Assembly (NCBI RefSeq): GCF_028368995.1 | Contig: NZ_JAQNDL010000005.1 | Location: forward strand, 656,619 to 720,618 | From: Nannocystis bainbridge | GTDB lineage: Bacteria; Myxococcota_A; Polyangia; Nannocystales; Nannocystaceae | Length of the DNA stretch: 64,000 nucleotides | Reading direction: 5' to 3' | In this document: positions 1 through 9,352 of the stretch, one piece after another | How positions within the stretch are numbered: the first letter of the stretch is position 1 | Layout: every line of letters begins with the position of its first letter | Notes under the pieces: generated by a model | The model's database searches: none | Told to the model about the DNA's origin: nothing | The model's input: the letters and a program-made list of their open reading frames with translations, nothing else | Made by a program: the position numbers and the translations under genes

Positions 1-117
1 TGCTCTCTTTTTGGTTGCCTTCCACCGCGTTCCTCGCGATGATGAAAGCGCGTCGAAACGGCTAGCACTCGCTATCCGGGGGCCGCTCATGGCGAGCGGT
101 CCCGCGAAGGAGTTGTC

Positions 118-483
118 ATGGGTAATACATCGAATCAGATCAAGAAGGCCATGGAAATTGACGGGGCGATCGCCGCGGCGATTGTCGATAGCGAGAGCGG
201 CATGACGCTCGCCACCGCCGGTGGCGGCGCCGCGTTCGACATCGAGGTGGCCGCCGCCGCCAACACGAACGTCGTCCAGGCCAAGCTCAAGGCCATGGCG
301 AGCCTGCGGCTCGCGGACGAGCTGGAGGACATCCTCATCACCCTCGGCAAGCAGTATCACATCATCCGCCCGCTGCGGCGCACCCCGGCGGTCTTCTACT
401 ACCTCGCGTGCGAGCGCAGCCGGACCAACCTGGCGATGGCACGCCGGTCCCTGGCCGAGATCGAGCACGCGACGACGCTCTAG
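118..483 (+). CDS. Roadblock/LC7 (MglB-like) domain protein
   Basis: 121 aa ORF with an AGGAG RBS upstream. 'IDGAIAAAIVDSESGMTLA...LEDILITLGKQYHIIRPL' is a typical roadblock pattern. First gene of an operon with an MglA-like GTPase. Confidence 0.8.
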   Translation: MGNTSNQIKKAMEIDGAIAAAIVDSESGMTLATAGGGAAFDIEVAAAANTNVVQAKLKAMASLRLADELEDILITLGKQYHIIRPLRRTPAVFYYLACERSRTNLAMARRSLAEIEHATTL

Positions 484-552
484 GCCGATCCCGGACCGAA
501 GCGTCGGCGTGACGGCCGTGCGCGCCGACGCTGCGCATTGGAGGCGTTTACT

Positions 553-1686
553 TTGGCTTCGCTGTTTATCGTCGACGACGATTCGCAGTTCCGCAGCGCC
601 CTGACGCGCGAACTCGAGGGACGCGGCTTTCAGGTCGCCTCGGCCTCCTCGGTCCACTCTGCTCTGGCGGCTCTGGCGAAGCGCCCGGCCGACGTGGTCC
701 TCACCGACCTGTGGCTGGGCGGTCCCGACGGCCTCGACCTGCTCAAGCTGCTCCCGAGCGTGTCGCGACGGTCGCGCACGATCGTGATGAGCGCCCACGC
801 CAGCGCGCGCGATCATCAAGTCGCCACCGAGCTGGGCGCCGTCGACATCCTCCTCAAGCCGTTCTCCTCGACCGAGCTGCTGCGATCGATCCAGAAGGCG
901 ATCGACTGCGAGACCGGCTTTCAGGGCAGCGTCCACGGCCTGTCGCTCATCGACATGGCGCAGATGTTCCACCTCTCGCAGCGCTCGGTCACCATCGTCG
1001 TCACCCACGCCGACCAGCCGTCGAGCAAGATCCACATCCGGCGCGGCGAGATCATCGACGCCGCCCACGGGTCCGCCTCCGGCTGCAGCGCCCTGCGGGC
1101 CATCCTCGCCAGCTCGTCCGGCACCCTCCACACCACCAGCCTCGAAGAGGACGTGGTCCCGACCATCGCCGCGCCCTTCGACCAGCTGCTGCTCACCAGC
1201 CTGACCCAGCTCGACGAGGAGCAGCACGAGGAGCAGCGGGCCGCCGCCGGCGAGACCGTGTTCGAGTTCGAGGGCGTCGACGACGACGAGCCCGCCGCCC
1301 CGCGCCCGGCCGCCGCGCCGACCCGCGTGCCTGCGCTCGACGCCGCTTGCCGCCGCCTCGGCGAGTCGGTCGACGGCGCGCTCGTCTGCGCCGTCGTCGA
1401 CCTCGCCAGCGGCGACCTGCTCGGCTATCACGCGCGCCGCATCGGCGCCGTGCCGCTGACCGAAGCGGCGCTGGCGGCCGCCGGCGTCGCTCTGTTCGGC
1501 GGCCGGCTCGCGCTCGGTCGGCTGCAGGAGGTCCAGCTGACCGCCGCCGAGCACTACGTGTTCGCCAGGCGCCTCGCCGGCCGCGATTGGTCGCTCGTCC
1601 TCTGCACCGACCGATCGATCAGCATCGGCCTCGGGTGGGCGCAGCTGCGCGCGCAGATCGGCCTGGTCGAGTCGCTGGCGACGTGA
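553..1686 (+). CDS. Response regulator: REC + DUF4388/PATAN-like + C-terminal roadblock-like domain
   Basis: REC motifs 'IVDDD', 'LTDLWL...DGLDLL', 'MSA', 'LKPF'. 'GFQGSVHGLSLIDMAQM' is DUF4388-like. C-terminal 'VDGALVCAVVDLASGDLL' resembles the upstream roadblock protein. TTG start at 553 follows GGAGG (538 is an alternative). Confidence 0.75.
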   Translation: MASLFIVDDDSQFRSALTRELEGRGFQVASASSVHSALAALAKRPADVVLTDLWLGGPDGLDLLKLLPSVSRRSRTIVMSAHASARDHQVATELGAVDILLKPFSSTELLRSIQKAIDCETGFQGSVHGLSLIDMAQMFHLSQRSVTIVVTHADQPSSKIHIRRGEIIDAAHGSASGCSALRAILASSSGTLHTTSLEEDVVPTIAAPFDQLLLTSLTQLDEEQHEEQRAAAGETVFEFEGVDDDEPAAPRPAAAPTRVPALDAACRRLGESVDGALVCAVVDLASGDLLGYHARRIGAVPLTEAALAAAGVALFGGRLALGRLQEVQLTAAEHYVFARRLAGRDWSLVLCTDRSISIGLGWAQLRAQIGLVESLAT

Positions 1687-1703
1687 AGCAAGAGGAGACG
1701 GAC

Positions 1704-4700
1704 ATGGCAGTCTTCGAACCAGACCGCGGGAGGATCGTCCTCCGCATCGTGTACGACGGCCCCGGGCGCGCCGGCAAGACCACCAACGTCGAGCAGCTCG
1801 CGCGCATCTTCGGCGCCCAGCCCGGCGACGAGCTGCAGGTCCACCCGGCGGCTACCGGTCGCACGATCTTCTTCGACTGGTTCAGCTTCGACGGCGGCAT
1901 GCTCGACGGCCAGCAGCTGCAGATCCAGGTCGTCACCGTGCCGGGCCACAAGAGCCTCGAGCCGCGCCGCGCCCACATCCTCCACGGCGCCGACGTCGTG
2001 GTCCTCGTGTGCGACAGCGCCGTCTCCGGCCAGGACTCCGCGCGCGAGATGCTCGACAGCCTGCGCGAGCACCTCGGCAAGCGCGCCGACCACGTGCCCC
2101 TGTTGGTCCAGGCCAACAAGCAGGACCTCCCGAGCGCCATGTCGCCGCCCGAGCTCGCGGCCGCGCTCGGCCTCGGGCCCGACGTGTCGGTGCTCGGCGC
2201 CCAGGCCTCGGCCGGCATCGGCGTGCGCGAGACGGCGATCGACGCGATCCGGGCGGCCGTGCGGCAGATGAAGCTGCGCACCACCCACGACGGCCTCGGC
2301 GCCGTCGCCGGGCGGGCCGGCACCGCCGAGCAGCTGCGCACCGCCCTGCAGGCCCTCGATAACCACGGCACCCAGCGCGACGACGACGCCGCTCACGCCC
2401 GGCCGCGCGCCCCTTCGGACGAGGGTCGCGTCGTCTACATCCGCTCGGCCAAGCTCGTCAGCCAGCTCGGCGGCGAGGCCGACGCCGTCGGCCGCGCGCG
2501 CACGCGGGCCCCCGAACCTGTCCCTTCGAGCATGTCCGAACGGCCCGAGCCCGCGCGCCCGGCCAGGCCGCGGATCCCCGTCTCCGCCATGTTCCTCGAG
2601 CCGGTCCCCGACCCGCCCGACATCCCCGCCGCCCCGCCCGCGGCCGTGCGCGTCCCGCCGCCGCCCGTGCTCTCGCTCGCCGACCCGCCGGGCCCCGCCG
2701 TCGCGCCGCTCGAGCTCGATCCCTCCGACTCGACGGCGCTCGCCAGCGATGCCTCTTCGAGCGACATCTTCGCGACCTCCGAGCGCATCACCGCACCTGT
2801 CCCCGAGGACATCCAAGCTCCCGCCTCTTCGCCGAGCGAGCCTGCGCCGAACGTCAGCGCTCCCGCCGACCCGGCCCCCTCCCACGCACCTGTCCCCGAG
2901 GACAGCAATGCGGTCGCCGAGGCCGGGCCTCCGGGCGAGCTCCCGCCCGCGGCGCCCCACGCACCTGGCCCCAAAGCCAGCACCATCCCCCCCCCGGCCG
3001 GGCCGTCCCCACAACCTGTCCCCCAGGCCAGCCAGACGAGGACCCCGTCACCCGGCCGGCCACCTGCTCTCAAGGACAGCGCCCTCGCCCGATCGGCCAA
3101 AGATCTGCGGGAGCGACTCCGCGTCGCCCCGCTGACCCACGAAACTGTCCCCCAGGACAGCCCCTCGATCACGGCCGCCAAGCACGCCCTCGCCGTCCCC
3201 GCGGCCCGCGCAGCCGGCAGCTCCCCAGCCGCATCTGGCCCGCAGGACCCGCGTCCTACATCCGCCCGCGCTGCGTCCGAAACTCCTGTCCAGGAGGACA
3301 GCAGCGCTCCCTCGTCCGCCGCCTCCCCGCAGCCCACACCTGGCCTCGAAGCCAGCACTTCACAGGCTGTCCCTAAGGACAGCCAAGACTCTGCCGCCGG
3401 TCACGCTGCCACGGCCAGCCCGAGTCTCGCTTCCGAACCCGTCGCCGAGGACATCGCCTCCTCCTCGCCTGTCCCCGAAGACAGCCCTGCCCCAGCCTCC
3501 GAGCACCCCCCCGCGGCCAACCAGAACCTCGCGTCCGCTCCTGCCCCCGAGGACATCACCCCAACCCCATCTGTCCACGAGGACAGCCCCGGCCCCTCCT
3601 CAGTCTCCGAGGACCGCTCGAGCCTTCCGTCCTCCCCTGTCCCCGAGGATATCACCGCATCCTCGCCTGTCCTCGAGGACAACCCAAACCCGGCCTCCGC
3701 TCCCGAGAATCAGCCCCCTCCGTCTCCCAAGGATATCACCCCATCATCACCTGTCCTCGAGGACAGCCCACCCGCAACCTCCGCCCCCGAGACTCAGCCC
3801 CCTCCGTCCCTCGAGGATATCACCGCATTCTCGCCTGTCCCCGAGGACAGCCCACCCGCAACCTCCGCCCCCGAGACTCCGCCCCCTCCATCCCCCGAGG
3901 ACATCGCCTCATCCCCGCCTGTCCCCGAGGATAGCCCAAACCCGACCTCCGCCCCCGAGACCCAGCCCCCTCCATCCCCCGAGCACATCGCCTCATCCCC
4001 GCCTGTCCCCGAGGACAGCCCACCGCCCGTCCCCGACCCGCAGCCCGCTCCATCCCTCGACCTCCCCCCGCCGCGCCCCGACCTGCCTCCTGGCCACGTC
4101 TGGCCGGTCCCTGGCGGCCGTCATGTCCTCGAGCGGATCGCCGACGCCTCGCTCCACCGCGCCAGTCCTTCCGGACATGCCCCCTCGAGCATGCTCTTCG
4201 AGACAGGTGATTTCCGCCTCCACACCCGCCCCGAGTGGCGCTTCGCCGACCCCGAGCAGGGGCGCGCCGCGCTCCGCGACCACGTCCGGCGGGCCGCCCG
4301 GCTCGGCCCCCTGCTCCCGGCCGACACCGCCATCGCCCTCGCGCCCACCGGCGCCAACGACGAGCACCTCCTCTGGCACATCGTGCCCGCGCTGGATTCG
4401 CTCGGCCAGGCCATCGAGCGCGCCCCCGAGAGCGAGCGTCCGCAGCAGCTCGCCCGCCTCGCCGCCGCCTACGCCACCGCCTTGCGCCTGCTCGCCCGCG
4501 ACGGCCTCGCCCTCGAGCTCGCCCCGCACGCCTTCGCCGAGCAGCACGGTCGCTGGGTCTACCTCGGCGCCCGCCTCGGCGGCCCTGCATCCGCCACCGA
4601 GGTCCTGGACGCCCTCCTGCGCCCCTCCCTCGACCTGCCCTCGCGCACGGCCTGGCTCGACGCCCTCGAGCAATCCCTGCCCACCACCCTCACGCGCGAC

Positions 4701-4793
4701 GACGTCGCCGCTCTCGGCCTCGACCCCGAACTCGCCACCGCCAGCGACGAGCCCTCGACCCGCCTCCGCGCCATCCTCGCCCGCTGCAGCTGA
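1704..4793 (+). CDS. MglA-family small GTPase fused to a long Pro/Ser/Glu/Asp repeat linker and a C-terminal domain
   Basis: ATG at 1704 after GAGGAG. G1 'YDGPGRAGKTTN', G2 'RTIFFDW', G3 'TVPGH', G4 'ANKQD', followed by a several-hundred-residue low-complexity region with PVPED repeats. The ORF-track start at 711 overlaps the upstream gene and is rejected. Confidence 0.85.
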   Translation: MAVFEPDRGRIVLRIVYDGPGRAGKTTNVEQLARIFGAQPGDELQVHPAATGRTIFFDWFSFDGGMLDGQQLQIQVVTVPGHKSLEPRRAHILHGADVVVLVCDSAVSGQDSAREMLDSLREHLGKRADHVPLLVQANKQDLPSAMSPPELAAALGLGPDVSVLGAQASAGIGVRETAIDAIRAAVRQMKLRTTHDGLGAVAGRAGTAEQLRTALQALDNHGTQRDDDAAHARPRAPSDEGRVVYIRSAKLVSQLGGEADAVGRARTRAPEPVPSSMSERPEPARPARPRIPVSAMFLEPVPDPPDIPAAPPAAVRVPPPPVLSLADPPGPAVAPLELDPSDSTALASDASSSDIFATSERITAPVPEDIQAPASSPSEPAPNVSAPADPAPSHAPVPEDSNAVAEAGPPGELPPAAPHAPGPKASTIPPPAGPSPQPVPQASQTRTPSPGRPPALKDSALARSAKDLRERLRVAPLTHETVPQDSPSITAAKHALAVPAARAAGSSPAASGPQDPRPTSARAASETPVQEDSSAPSSAASPQPTPGLEASTSQAVPKDSQDSAAGHAATASPSLASEPVAEDIASSSPVPEDSPAPASEHPPAANQNLASAPAPEDITPTPSVHEDSPGPSSVSEDRSSLPSSPVPEDITASSPVLEDNPNPASAPENQPPPSPKDITPSSPVLEDSPPATSAPETQPPPSLEDITAFSPVPEDSPPATSAPETPPPPSPEDIASSPPVPEDSPNPTSAPETQPPPSPEHIASSPPVPEDSPPPVPDPQPAPSLDLPPPRPDLPPGHVWPVPGGRHVLERIADASLHRASPSGHAPSSMLFETGDFRLHTRPEWRFADPEQGRAALRDHVRRAARLGPLLPADTAIALAPTGANDEHLLWHIVPALDSLGQAIERAPESERPQQLARLAAAYATALRLLARDGLALELAPHAFAEQHGRWVYLGARLGGPASATEVLDALLRPSLDLPSRTAWLDALEQSLPTTLTRDDVAALGLDPELATASDEPSTRLRAILARCS
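3660..4020 (+). repeat. 84-bp (28-aa) coding tandem repeat, about 5 copies, in the MglA-like linker
   Basis: TGTCC-N4-GGA(C/T)A recurs at 3668, 3752, 3836, 3920 and 4004 (exact 84-nt spacing). Peptide unit ~'SPVPEDSPPATSAPETQPPPSPEDIASS'. Confidence 0.9.
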
Positions 4794-4833
4794 TCCGTCC
4801 GCCCGGGCCCTCGACCTCTCTACAACTCCACAA

Positions 4834-5901
4834 TCATTCCGCCACGTCGACCCACGCCCCTCCCGTCAGCCGCAGCAGCGCCACCTCATCAAAAATCACC
4901 GGCCGCCGCGGATCTTTGCGCGGGCTGACCCGCATCAACGGGCTGCGCCAGCGCCCATCCAGGCTGTCGAGCGCGGCCAGCAGCCCCGCGCGCGACGGGC
5001 ACGGCCCCGCGCGGCGCAGCAGCTCCACCGTCAGCTCGGCCAGCGCTTGCCCGCCGATGCTCGTCCCCGTCACCTCGACCTGCGGCGCGCGGCGGGCCAT
5101 CAACTCGCGGTGCCCCGCGATCGCCGGAGAACCTGACCCTTCGGCCATGTACAGCCAGTGCGCCCCGACCACCCCCTCGCCCGCCGGCCCGAGCAGCGTC
5201 GTCAGCCCGTCGACGAACCCCACCAGCCAGCGCGGCGCGAACCCGCGGCCGCGCCCGTGAACGATCGCCGCCGCCTCCTGCTCCGGCCGCACCACCAGCA
5301 GCACCGCCTCCACGCCCGCCGCCTGCATCGCAGCCACTGCTGGCTCGATCGCCTCGCCCGCGCCCAGCCAGCGCGAGCACGTCGGCGCCCGCCCGAGCCC
5401 CTCCGCGAACCCGGCCACCCAGTCGCGGCCGAAGTCCGTATCGTACGTGATCGTCCCGACCCGCCCGGGCGCGCGCACGTGCTGCCCGAGCGCGCGCCCG
5501 TTGACGTGGTACGGCACGTTGGCCACGAACATGTTCGCCCGCGGCGGCTCGGCCATCGCCGACGCCCCCGTCACCACCGCCAGGTCGGGCATGTTCGCCG
5601 CCGTCAGTCGATCGATCACCGTCGCGTGCGGCGGCGTGCCCACGCACATCAAGAACCCGAGCAGCGCCGGCCCGGCCAGCAGCCGCTCGACCACCGCCGG
5701 CGTCTCGCCCGGATCGTAGCGATCGTCGCCGACGACCAGCTCGATCGGGTGCCCGTGCACCCCCCCCGCCGCGTTGACCTCGGCGAACAGCGCCTGCGCG
5801 GCCCCGGCGATCTCGCCGAACATCGCCATCACCCCGGAGAGCGGCGCGTGACAGCCGAAACGAATCGTCTCACCCGGCCGCAATTTTTCTTCAAATTCCA
5901 T
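4834..5901 (-). CDS. Branched-chain amino acid-type (LivJ-like) substrate-binding protein, no obvious signal peptide
   Basis: 'IRFGCHAPLSG...EVNAAGGVHGHPIELVVGDDRYDP' is the classic family N-terminus. ATG at 5901 after GAGG. Confidence 0.75.
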   Translation of the reverse strand: MEFEEKLRPGETIRFGCHAPLSGVMAMFGEIAGAAQALFAEVNAAGGVHGHPIELVVGDDRYDPGETPAVVERLLAGPALLGFLMCVGTPPHATVIDRLTAANMPDLAVVTGASAMAEPPRANMFVANVPYHVNGRALGQHVRAPGRVGTITYDTDFGRDWVAGFAEGLGRAPTCSRWLGAGEAIEPAVAAMQAAGVEAVLLVVRPEQEAAAIVHGRGRGFAPRWLVGFVDGLTTLLGPAGEGVVGAHWLYMAEGSGSPAIAGHRELMARRAPQVEVTGTSIGGQALAELTVELLRRAGPCPSRAGLLAALDSLDGRWRSPLMRVSPRKDPRRPVIFDEVALLRLTGGAWVDVAE

Positions 5902-6036
5902 CCTCGACCCTCCTGTCGCCCTCATCCGCCATGCAAGTGCCATGAATCGAACCCGCGATCTCCGCCCTGCGGACATTCTCCCATTCGCGGCATCTCGCCA
6001 GCCTCTTCGAGCACGCCGCCCGCGCTTCCCTGCGTC

Positions 6037-7347
6037 TCATGCTTCCTCCGCCAGCGACGCGTCTCCGCCCAGCCATCGCTCGACCAGCACAACTCCACGG
6101 TCGCCCGCCTCGACCCTCTGCATCTCCGCCTGCATGCGCCCCAGCGCCTCAGTGTAACGGCCAGCAAGCGCCCGATCGACGGCCGCCTCCAGCCCCTCCC
6201 CCGAATCATCCGCCGCTGCCAGCACCTCGCCGAGCCCATGATGGGCCGCCCGCGCCGCGTTGCCCTGGGCATCAAAGGGGTTGAACTGCGGCGCCAGCAC
6301 CAGCGGCACCGCATCTTGGAGGCACTCCTTGATCGTCCCCATCCCGCCGACCGAGATCATCACCGACGCCGCGCCCAGCACCGCCTGTTGTGGCGCCCAC
6401 GCCAGCACTCGCGCGTTGGCCGGCGCCGCCGCGGCCAGCCGATCCGCCCAAGTCGCGTCGCCTGCGATCACGAAGCTCAGCTCCGGCCGGCGCCGCGCCA
6501 ATCGCAACACCTGATCCAGCAACGCCGCGTATTGCGGCCGCCAGAGCCCCTGCGAACCCAGCGCGCAGTACACCAGCGGCCGCCGCTGCAAGAACTCCTG
6601 CAATTCCGGCCCCACCGTCGCCGCCGCCGGCGACACGCTGGCGACATCGTCGTGGCAGCGCCCCGGCAACATTCGCGGGAACTCGAAAGCCCGCGGTCCC
6701 AGGATCAATTGTGGCAGCCGCGGGAAGTCCGGCGCGATCGCCCCCTCCCACGAAAACTCCTCGCGCGGAAATCCATACACCGCCAGCAGCGCCTCCACGT
6801 AGCGCGGGTACCAATCGTCGGCTTCGCGCTGGCGCTGCTCGGCCAGCCGCGCCCACTCGGCCTCCGCGGCCGCCCGCGCTGGCGCGTCCGTGCCCCAGCG
6901 GACCGCGCTCGACAGCGGCGGCACCCCTGGTTCGCGGCCCTGGAAGCACGTCGGTGACAGCAGCCCCACGCGGATCCCCAGCCGCCGCGCCACGATCGGG
7001 ATCGACACATCATAGACATCCCCGAGGATCAGGTCCGGCGCCGCCGCTCGATAGACCGCGTCGAGTCCGCCCGCCAGCAACCATTGCACCCGCGCGTCAC
7101 GGCGCCGCTCCGCGTCCGCCTCACGCGCCGGCTGATCCATCCCCGTCCACGCCGCCTCCGCCGCCGCCGGAAAGATGTGCTCGAGGTATGGCCGCAGCGT
7201 GACACCCTGGGCCGCGCAGAAATCATGCCACCACGGCGTCAGCAGATATTCGACCCTGTGCCCCGCCGCCGTCAATCCGCGCGCCAGCTTCAACGTCGGC
7301 AGCACGTGCCCGTGTTCACGCAGCATGTGAATCAAGATCCGCGCCAT
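6037..7347 (-). CDS. Family 1 (UGT/MGT-type) glycosyltransferase
   Basis: N-terminal 'EHGHVLPTLKLARGL' and PSPG-like box 'WAPQQAVLGAASVMISVGGMGTIKECLQDAVPLV...FDAQGNA'. Confidence 0.85.
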   Translation of the reverse strand: MARILIHMLREHGHVLPTLKLARGLTAAGHRVEYLLTPWWHDFCAAQGVTLRPYLEHIFPAAAEAAWTGMDQPAREADAERRRDARVQWLLAGGLDAVYRAAAPDLILGDVYDVSIPIVARRLGIRVGLLSPTCFQGREPGVPPLSSAVRWGTDAPARAAAEAEWARLAEQRQREADDWYPRYVEALLAVYGFPREEFSWEGAIAPDFPRLPQLILGPRAFEFPRMLPGRCHDDVASVSPAAATVGPELQEFLQRRPLVYCALGSQGLWRPQYAALLDQVLRLARRRPELSFVIAGDATWADRLAAAAPANARVLAWAPQQAVLGAASVMISVGGMGTIKECLQDAVPLVLAPQFNPFDAQGNAARAAHHGLGEVLAAADDSGEGLEAAVDRALAGRYTEALGRMQAEMQRVEAGDRGVVLVERWLGGDASLAEEA

Positions 7348-7351
7348 CGCC

Positions 7352-8548
7352 TCACCTCTTGTGCGCCGGCGCCATCCAGCGCATCAGCGGCAAAGCCAGC
7401 ACCGCCGCCAGCGCGGCGCAGCCGGCCGCCGTCCAGTACAGCGCCGCGTAGCCGGCCCGCGACGCCACCTCGCCGAGGCCCAGCTCGGCCGCGAATCCGG
7501 CCACCGCCAGCGCCGCCCCGAGCGCCGCGCTCACCATCCCGCGCCCGCGGACCTTGTCGTAGAACGTCGAATACAGCGCTGGCCACAATAGCAAGTGTCC
7601 CAGCCCCGTCGCCACCCCGAGCGCGATCATCCCCGCCCCCGTGCGCACCTCCGCCAGCCCGCCCCCCACCGCGACCAGCAGCAGCGCGCTGGCCACCACC
7701 ACCGGCCCGCGGCCCAGCCGATCGACCAGGTGCCCCGCCGCCGCGCGCCCGAGGGCGATCACCGCGAAGTAGGCCGCGAACATCGGCGTCACGCTGCCGA
7801 GCGCGCGCCGGGTCGCCAGCGCGGTGATGAACGACTCCTGCGCCACGAAGTGGATCGACAGCAGCGTGAACACCACCATCAACACGACCACCCGCGGCTG
7901 CACCATCTCGCGCGCGAACTCGCGGTACGGCGGCGCCACCTCCTCGGCCGCCGGCGCCGGCGCGCGCGCGAACACTCGCACCAGCACATGCACCGCCGCC
8001 AGGCCCGCCAGCGCCTGGCACATCGCCGCGAAGCCCCAGCGCCCCAGCAGCCCCTCCGCCAGCCCCGAGCCGATCACGTTGCGCGCCAGGCTGACGAACG
8101 CGAAGTAATACGCCAGCACCTGCGGCCTGCGCTCCGCCGGCACCGACGCCACCACCGTCGCCACCACCCCGACGTCGAGGTGCGCCGTGCCGAGGCTCAT
8201 CAGCGCCACGCTGGCCGCCAGCCCGTTCACGCTGTCCGCCGCCGCCGCCGCGCACGCGAGCCCGAGCGCCTGCACCAGCGCCCCGCCGATCAGCATCGCC
8301 CGCAGCCGGTGCTGCGCCAGCCAGCCCGCCAGCGGCAGCGCCAGCAGCCCGCCCAGCGTCGACGCCGCCATCACCTCGCCGATGATCGCCGGCGATTGTC
8401 CCGCGCCCTCGAGGTGACCGGGCACGAAGCGCAGCGCCATCGAGGCGATCGGTCCGAGCGCCGCCGCGGCGAAGAAGCCGACGAATCGCGGGTCGCGCCA
8501 CGGCAGCGCCGGCGTCCTGGCCTCATTCGCGCGTTCCCCCGCTCGCAC
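7352..8548 (-). CDS. MFS transporter
   Basis: About 12 hydrophobic segments and an MFS motif 'GHLVDRLGRGP'. 4-bp gap to the glycosyltransferase. Confidence 0.85.
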   Translation of the reverse strand: MRAGERANEARTPALPWRDPRFVGFFAAAALGPIASMALRFVPGHLEGAGQSPAIIGEVMAASTLGGLLALPLAGWLAQHRLRAMLIGGALVQALGLACAAAAADSVNGLAASVALMSLGTAHLDVGVVATVVASVPAERRPQVLAYYFAFVSLARNVIGSGLAEGLLGRWGFAAMCQALAGLAAVHVLVRVFARAPAPAAEEVAPPYREFAREMVQPRVVVLMVVFTLLSIHFVAQESFITALATRRALGSVTPMFAAYFAVIALGRAAAGHLVDRLGRGPVVVASALLLVAVGGGLAEVRTGAGMIALGVATGLGHLLLWPALYSTFYDKVRGRGMVSAALGAALAVAGFAAELGLGEVASRAGYAALYWTAAGCAALAAVLALPLMRWMAPAHKR

Positions 8549-8772
8549 CCGGCTCGCCCCTCCGCCGCGCCCTCAATCTCGCACGACCGCGACGCCGACG
8601 CGAGCCGGGCGAGATCGCCCGCCGAGACGCCGGCGAGGACCACCCTTTCAGGCTCGGGCGCCCGCGGAGTCCCCGGACGCGCAGCCCGGTCCGTCACCGC
8701 GCCACCGGGCCGAGCGCGCCCCCAATCACGATACCCCGAGCTGCCACCATTCCCGGCGTCGACACGGTGCCA

Positions 8773-9141
8773 TCATTTCCCCGCATCCCCGCCGAGGATG
8801 GTCGCGCCCGTCCACGTGAACACCTCCTGCGTCGGCGGCCCCAGCGGCGCCTGGTTCGGATCGGTGCCCGACAGCGCCAGCACCGTCGATTTGAACCACA
8901 CCTCGAAATCATCGGTGCTGGCCACGTACGCGTCGATCGGCGCCGCCTCGTCGACGCGCGTCACCACCAGCACCCACGGCCCGAACGGCGTGTTTTGCAC
9001 GTGCCACGTGTCCAGCAGCACCCCGTAGCGCCGGTACGCCGCCTCGGCCTCGGCGCGCCGGCGCCCGCGGAGGGCCGCCACGAATGCCATCAGCTCGTCG
9101 ACCGGTCGGCACAACGGGAATGCACGTACCGCGTAGGACAT
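8773..9141 (-). CDS. Hypothetical protein (122 aa)
   Basis: Protein-like composition with normal codon usage; no motif recognised. Confidence 0.6.
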   Translation of the reverse strand: MSYAVRAFPLCRPVDELMAFVAALRGRRRAEAEAAYRRYGVLLDTWHVQNTPFGPWVLVVTRVDEAAPIDAYVASTDDFEVWFKSTVLALSGTDPNQAPLGPPTQEVFTWTGATILGGDAGK

Positions 9142-9352
9142 GCTCGCGAACGTAGCACCGGCCCATCAGCCCGCGAGCGCGCCGTCCGCTCGCTGCGATC
9201 CACGTCGCAGGCGTCCGTGACACGCGCGGCCGCCCCCGCGCCTCGCCTGTGCGCCCCGTCTCCGCGGCCTCGCGCGAGCGCCCGTCCGCGACCCTCGCGC
9301 GCCGCCGCGCCGAGCCTTGTGCCCGGGGCCCGCCGCGGGCATCGTGGCCGCC

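Noticed and set aside
711-1703. N-terminal extension of the 1360-aa ORF
   Set aside because: Arg-rich shadow frame overlapping the response regulator; the real start is the ATG at 1704 with an RBS.
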